Shown here one piece after another: positions 58,379 through 64,000 of a DNA stretch of 64,000 nt (positions within the stretch are counted from its first letter, which is position 1; each line of letters starts with the position of its first letter). A program made the position numbers and the translations under genes. This DNA comes from Macrostomum lignano (lineage: Eukaryota). The notes beneath the pieces were generated by a model. It made no database searches. It saw nothing but the letters and a program-made list of their open reading frames with translations, and had not been told where the DNA came from. Location of the stretch: the NCBI GenBank assembly GCA_002269645.1, contig NIVC01000544.1:434001-498000 (forward strand), read 5' to 3'.

Positions 58379-61300
58379 TCTGGTAAGTGATGACTCAATT
58401 ATAAAGCATGAATCAAAATTCAAATATCAAAGTATATATTGCAATACTATCTTAAAATTGCCAACCTCTAATTTTATTTTCATGTTTAGTAGATTTTAAT
58501 AGCTCAATATGTCAATCAAAAACTTACTAAAATTATGGTAAGTAAAAGTGTAATGGCAATGGCATAGTAAATATTTGTAGCTAATTATACTTCATGAGTT
58601 AAAATTACTACAATATACATCATTGCAGTACTTTCCAACAAGTGATAGTCATAATATTTTTTAACATTTGATATTACAGTAAAGATTCTCTAATTTCTAA
58701 TTTTAGCCACCCAGTCAGAAATGTCATGCGTTATGCTGACTTTAGCTCACGAAAACAATAATATTTTCAATAATAATGGTATAAACTTTGGTACGTCTGT
58801 GGTCTATATAGTTAAAAATTTACAAAAATAAAGTTTATTTTAAAACGTAAATCTTAAATTTATGAAAATGAAATTGTTCGTTCACTTAACCTTTAAATAC
58901 TAGTTAAATGAATAATCACCCAGGAATAAAATCATGGCCAAATCTTTGATTCTACGAAAATCATGAAGTTAAATTTTTTCGAGACACGTATATTTAGCCT
59001 ATGCTAAAGCATCAAACCGTACATCAATATAAAGGTAAAGACGTTAATTACTATAAAAAATTTTAATACCTTCTTGTTGAAAAAAAAATTTCTGCTTTGT
59101 TATTTTGTGAAAGTATCGGAATATTATCTGGCACGTGGGTGGGTTCAACATCATGAATTCGCCGTCATCTATCCCGCAGCGACGCCAAGTACACTGAGTA
59201 CACTGGGTAGAGTAGGCCTACTATTTTGTATTATTTACAGCTCACTAACTTCAACTATAGTCTACACCAAGGATACTTAATGCTAATTAAGATAGTAAAA
59301 GGCAGAGGGGTACAGACCAACATGCAACATATTTATTTTACTCATCAGGCGTAATATGGTTTTTAATCTTTTTTTTGCTAGAAATCCACCCGCCAAGTTA
59401 GCCAAGGCCTAGCTCATCATCAGGATCACATCGACATCAGTCTCAAAGGCAAAATTCAGTGGCCATTAGTAGTTCTGTGTCATTTCGTTGTCACCAATTT
59501 TGTTGTCTAGGTAGGCCTAGTCTATCATTAGAATATCACCCCATTGGCATTGGCTAGGCCTAGGCCTAGGCCTATCCCTAAGCTATCCCATCATTCCCCA
59601 CTGGCCACCACCTGTTTTTTGTACAATGTGTATCACATCATCAGCACTCACTTACTCAGCATTGCCATAGGGGTCCCAAACATTCTAAAATTTAAAATTT
59701 AAAATTGCACCCTGATGGCCTGATTGAAATTAAAAAAGTGGGTGTGGAAGTGTGGTTTAGATATAGTCTTATGATATATTTTCCATTTTAATCTCATTTT
59801 CATCATTTGCACTGCCTTTAAATAAAATCTAGAAAATAAGAGAAGCAGTCAAGCAAAGTGTCAATGTTAATATATTCTTTAAACACAAAAAAATGTGTAA
59901 ACCTATTAATGTGTCTATATTTCTAGTTTTCTAAAGTAAAAAATGCATTCTAAGCATGAAAATGAGTCCATGTGATAGGGTTTACATATCTATTGGGCTT
60001 GCTAAATTTTGAGTTTGTGATATTTGAGTGCTTAATCATAGTAATATTGATAATTTTTAAGACTTTCTAATTTTAGTAGCATAATTCAAACATACAAACA
60101 AACCTTAATTATTTAAAATTTTAATATATTTGGATTAGTAGCATATAAGGAGTCAGGGAACACTTGTGTAGCCCTGTGCCCCTTTTGCTATATGCTTGAT
60201 ATCTCTCGTTCCCTAAAATTACTCTAGGCCTATACCCTTAATTGTTTGTCTCTAATAAAAAACCTAGCTAAGCTAAGCTTATTAGGCGGGTTATTCCATG
60301 ATAGGGTCATCAAAGGTATAGAAATTTTTTTAAAAATTATTTGCAAATGTGAATATTTCATTTTGCATATAATTATGTATAGTTTCATTTTTATGTAGTT
60401 TCATACACATTTATCTACCTCTAGGTATATATATTTTGTTTTGATCATGGTACCCTTGCAAGATTTTAAATGTCCCGCAGGACATTATAAAAAGTTTAAT
60501 CTAGTTTTCAATAAGAAAAAAAGTTAATAAACATAATGCATCAAGTGCATAAATAATAAAAATCTTTCTTTCTTATATCTAAAGATCGAAATTATAAAAT
60601 TTTATGATCTAATATAGTTCTATCTATCATAATTTTTTATTTCAAAAAGTTTGACTTCCCTTTTTTAAGTGTTAAAAACGACCATCATTTTTTTACAAAA
60701 AGTTGTTGTACTAATTTTCAATGGGTTTATAAGTTGATAATCCAATATCCTAAAAATGTGATGTTTGTTTGTTTTTTTTGCTAAAATATTTTCTGAGCCT
60801 ATATTTAAGTTTATAGTCATTTTTGTTAGTTTATGATAAGTGTACCATGGTAAAAAAACCCTGCAAAGTTACCTAACAACCATCATTTTCTGGTATTCTG
60901 AAATTTGTTGATCTTCATAAAACTTGAATTACTATCATTTATTCCTAAATTTTATAGGGCCTACAAAAAACTGAATTTACTGATATTCTAAAATCATGTC
61001 TTTTTTAATGTGAATTACTTATTTAATTTCTCTTTCAAAGTTTTTACAGTTTTGATTGTAAAGAAAAATATAGTGGAATTCAAGTCTTTTATTAAAAATG
61101 TATACTGTCAATTACTTGTTTGATACCTTAAAATCATTTTCAACCTGCACTATTAAAAAGGTTGTTCCAATTACTAACCATGCACCTAGAACTCTCCACT
61201 TTAGTTTGCAATGCATCTTAACACATGCCCCAATCTTCAGCATAAGTAGTCTAACTAGACTCAAGTTTTTACTATCCATTGGTGCTACTGCTTATTGCCT

Positions 61301-64000
61301 AACAAATAATCTGTATTTGCCTTTGGTTTTATTAATTGTTATATTCTATTCTTTGAATTCTTGAATAGATTAGGACTGTCCATCTTTATAATCATATGTT
61401 GAGTTGTGCAATCATGAAGTGATGTTTTTGTTGAAGGTGCATAAGTACATTTGATCTGAAATGTGAAACAGGTATAATAAATTTTATGGTTAGACAAGCA
61501 AGTTATAGTTTTTATATGAACAACTATGGATTATAAACAATCTTTTAACCAAGATTGTATCTAAAAATAGAGAATCCTAATACACTTTTTAAAACTGAAG
61601 GTCATTTTTTTGAAACAAATGACCGTCAGTCAACGACCGTCATTTAAGAAAAATGTTCAACACAGTTAAAGTTATCTACTAAAATGTAACAATTGTTTGT
61701 AACCATTCATCTAGCTATTGTTTACTACAATTAATGATCAATTGAGACAAAAACTTGCCTGATTCGCAGAAATCTTAAACTTAAGTTATAAAGTTGGATA
61801 CATAAACTTTCACCAAAAACAACCGTCATCAAAAGTTTCTCTCTGCTAAATCAACACAGTAAGACAAATGACTTTAAAATGTATCTCATCTTAATCTAGA
61901 GGTCACGCCCATAAATATAGAACTCACAAAGTCTCAATTTAGTTTGTCTTTTGTATGATTACTGATTAATATTTGCTCCAACCCAACAACTGTCATCTCG
62001 TGGAATTACCCAGGCCTAGTATCATGATTCTAAAATTTACTATACTAACAACAATCATATAGGCCTAGCTTGAATAGAAGAAATAATATAAAGCCTAAAG
62101 GTTGGATAATAGGGCCTATTATATTTTCAAGATTTTTGAGACTTGAGATCTATAGACCCTTACTTTTGAGATATTAAGATTTGATTAAGATTTAAGATTA
62201 AGGCCTAAATTAGGTCTATTAGCATTTAGATATAGTGGCCTTATTTATATTATTCTAGGCCTATCTATCAATGTAAATATTATTTTTTTTGTTAAATTTA
62301 TACAATGTCAAAGATGATAATAGAAAGAAAATTATTAATATTATCATAATTAGCTTATTAATATTAGTAACTTAATAATATATTTGTAACTATGTCAAAT
62401 ATAAATATAATAACCTGAATGTATTCATAGTTATAAATATAAATCTTAACTTTTTTGAGATCTCTAAACTAGGATCAAGATTTAAAAAATGCCAAGATTT
62501 TAATGATCAACATTGAGATCTAGATCTTGTCTAACCCTTAAAATAATGGGAATATATAAAAAATAATGAATGGAAAACTAACAATGAATAATAATTAGAA
62601 ATGCCAATGGAAATAGATAATTTTTTATATTATTATTAAGCCTTTAAAATGTACTATAGTCTTTAATATAAAGTATAAAATTATTTGCAATAAGAAACAT
62701 TGTCAAATGTCAATTTTTTTGTTAGCCTAGGTTTATTCAAGGCAAGGAGATAGGCAATAAGGCCTAATATCTCTTATTTGGTTACCCTATTATAGCTGAG
62801 GTCTAAACTATTGTAGATATTTCCTTTCTTATATCAGACAATATCAAAATATTAGACTATGCCTGTATTGCCAAAGGCCAATTTGCATTAGATGCTATTA
62901 GCAATAATATCTATTAGGCATTGGCTATAGTAGAGTCTAGGCTATAGCTATATATTATAATGATATATACTTAGCAACATGTTAAAGTTTCCACCCCAAA
63001 GCTAGTGGTCAACTGATAAATTGTCATTAGTTTTAATGAATGAATGAATTAATTAATTCTTAATATTATGATTGACAATACACTAATATTAGTTTATTTT
63101 TTTCATATTAGCTTGATTGTGAAATCAGCCTATATAAGCCTGCATGTATGAATTATGTCACTTAGAGCTGAGATCTAAAGAAAGTTGACCACTGGTGTTG
63201 GGATAGAAACTTTAATATGTTACTAACTATGCTAGGTATATATCATCCTTAATCCTTCTCCGTATACCACTATTACTAAACTATAATATAGGGTGGCCTA
63301 CATAATGTGCCTGATTTATTTTTGTCATTTGAAACCAATGTTGACAAAATTTTAACACAATGTTGCCATAAGTATAGCATTATATTTACAAAATTTATGC
63401 TTGCAAGCATTCACCTATATATACACACATATGTACAAAGCAAATTGAATGTAGCATGCTAATAGTTGATAGTTAATACTTTTTTTAACATTCAACTTTA
63501 TATCTCCACTTGTATATATGTGCATAAGTGCTTGTTTCACAGGGTTATTTTATTATAGCTTAATCCTAGACCATTTGTCACTAATTTGTTACAGGGGTGT
63601 TTATTTACGATGGTTTGATCCTATTGCTTAGCTACCAATTTGTTGCAGGCCTTGCATTGCTGCTACCAAATTTGTTGTAGGGGTTGGAAGATTATGTTGG
63701 GACTTTTTTAGAATGAGAATAATGTTCAGTTTTATTACTATAAGGAGTAAGCCTAGGGTTGTTCCTAGTAACATTGTGTCCAAGCAGCAAGACACTGTCT
63801 ACTCAGTCTGGGGAAATAATAGAAAGGGGGGAAGGTAAGTAAGGGCTTCGCAGTGGATTAGAGTTGCCCTAGAGAATTTAGCGCACTAGGGGAATTCTAG
63901 TGGCTAATAGGGAATGCTGGTATGAAGGATTGATTGCTTCATTGGGAATTAGGTAAAAGAGATAGGGCGCCTAAGATTTAGGGACAATCTGAAGGAATTG

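Overview
Eukaryotic (animal, probably invertebrate; inferred from gene content, GT-AG introns and TE families) repeat-rich genomic DNA with three spliced host genes reconstructed by hand: a type I membrane ZP-domain protein with N-terminal Cys-rich modules (+, 7959-24119), a secreted two-WSC-domain protein (-, 44154-35573) and an M17 leucyl aminopeptidase (-, 58378-48024). Introns and intergenic DNA are filled with minisatellites and mobile elements: a complete Chapaev transposon (intact 711-aa transposase, 211-bp TIRs, 4-bp TSD) nested in a non-autonomous hAT that is nested in a CORE-type SINE; a decayed mariner; a 5'-inverted RTE-like LINE with a 13-bp TSD; Harbinger fragments; two head-to-tail non-autonomous Helitrons; and tRNA-derived SINEs. 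The most unusual feature is a 3,573-bp Polinton/adintovirus-type element (AGTAG...CTACT ends, ~455-bp TIRs, 6-bp TSD) that keeps only the major and minor capsid genes plus a small convergent ORF with an RNase T2-like motif, and has no polymerase, integrase, ATPase or protease. No CRISPR array, rRNA or intact tRNA gene was found. All family assignments are from motif recognition; no database search was run.
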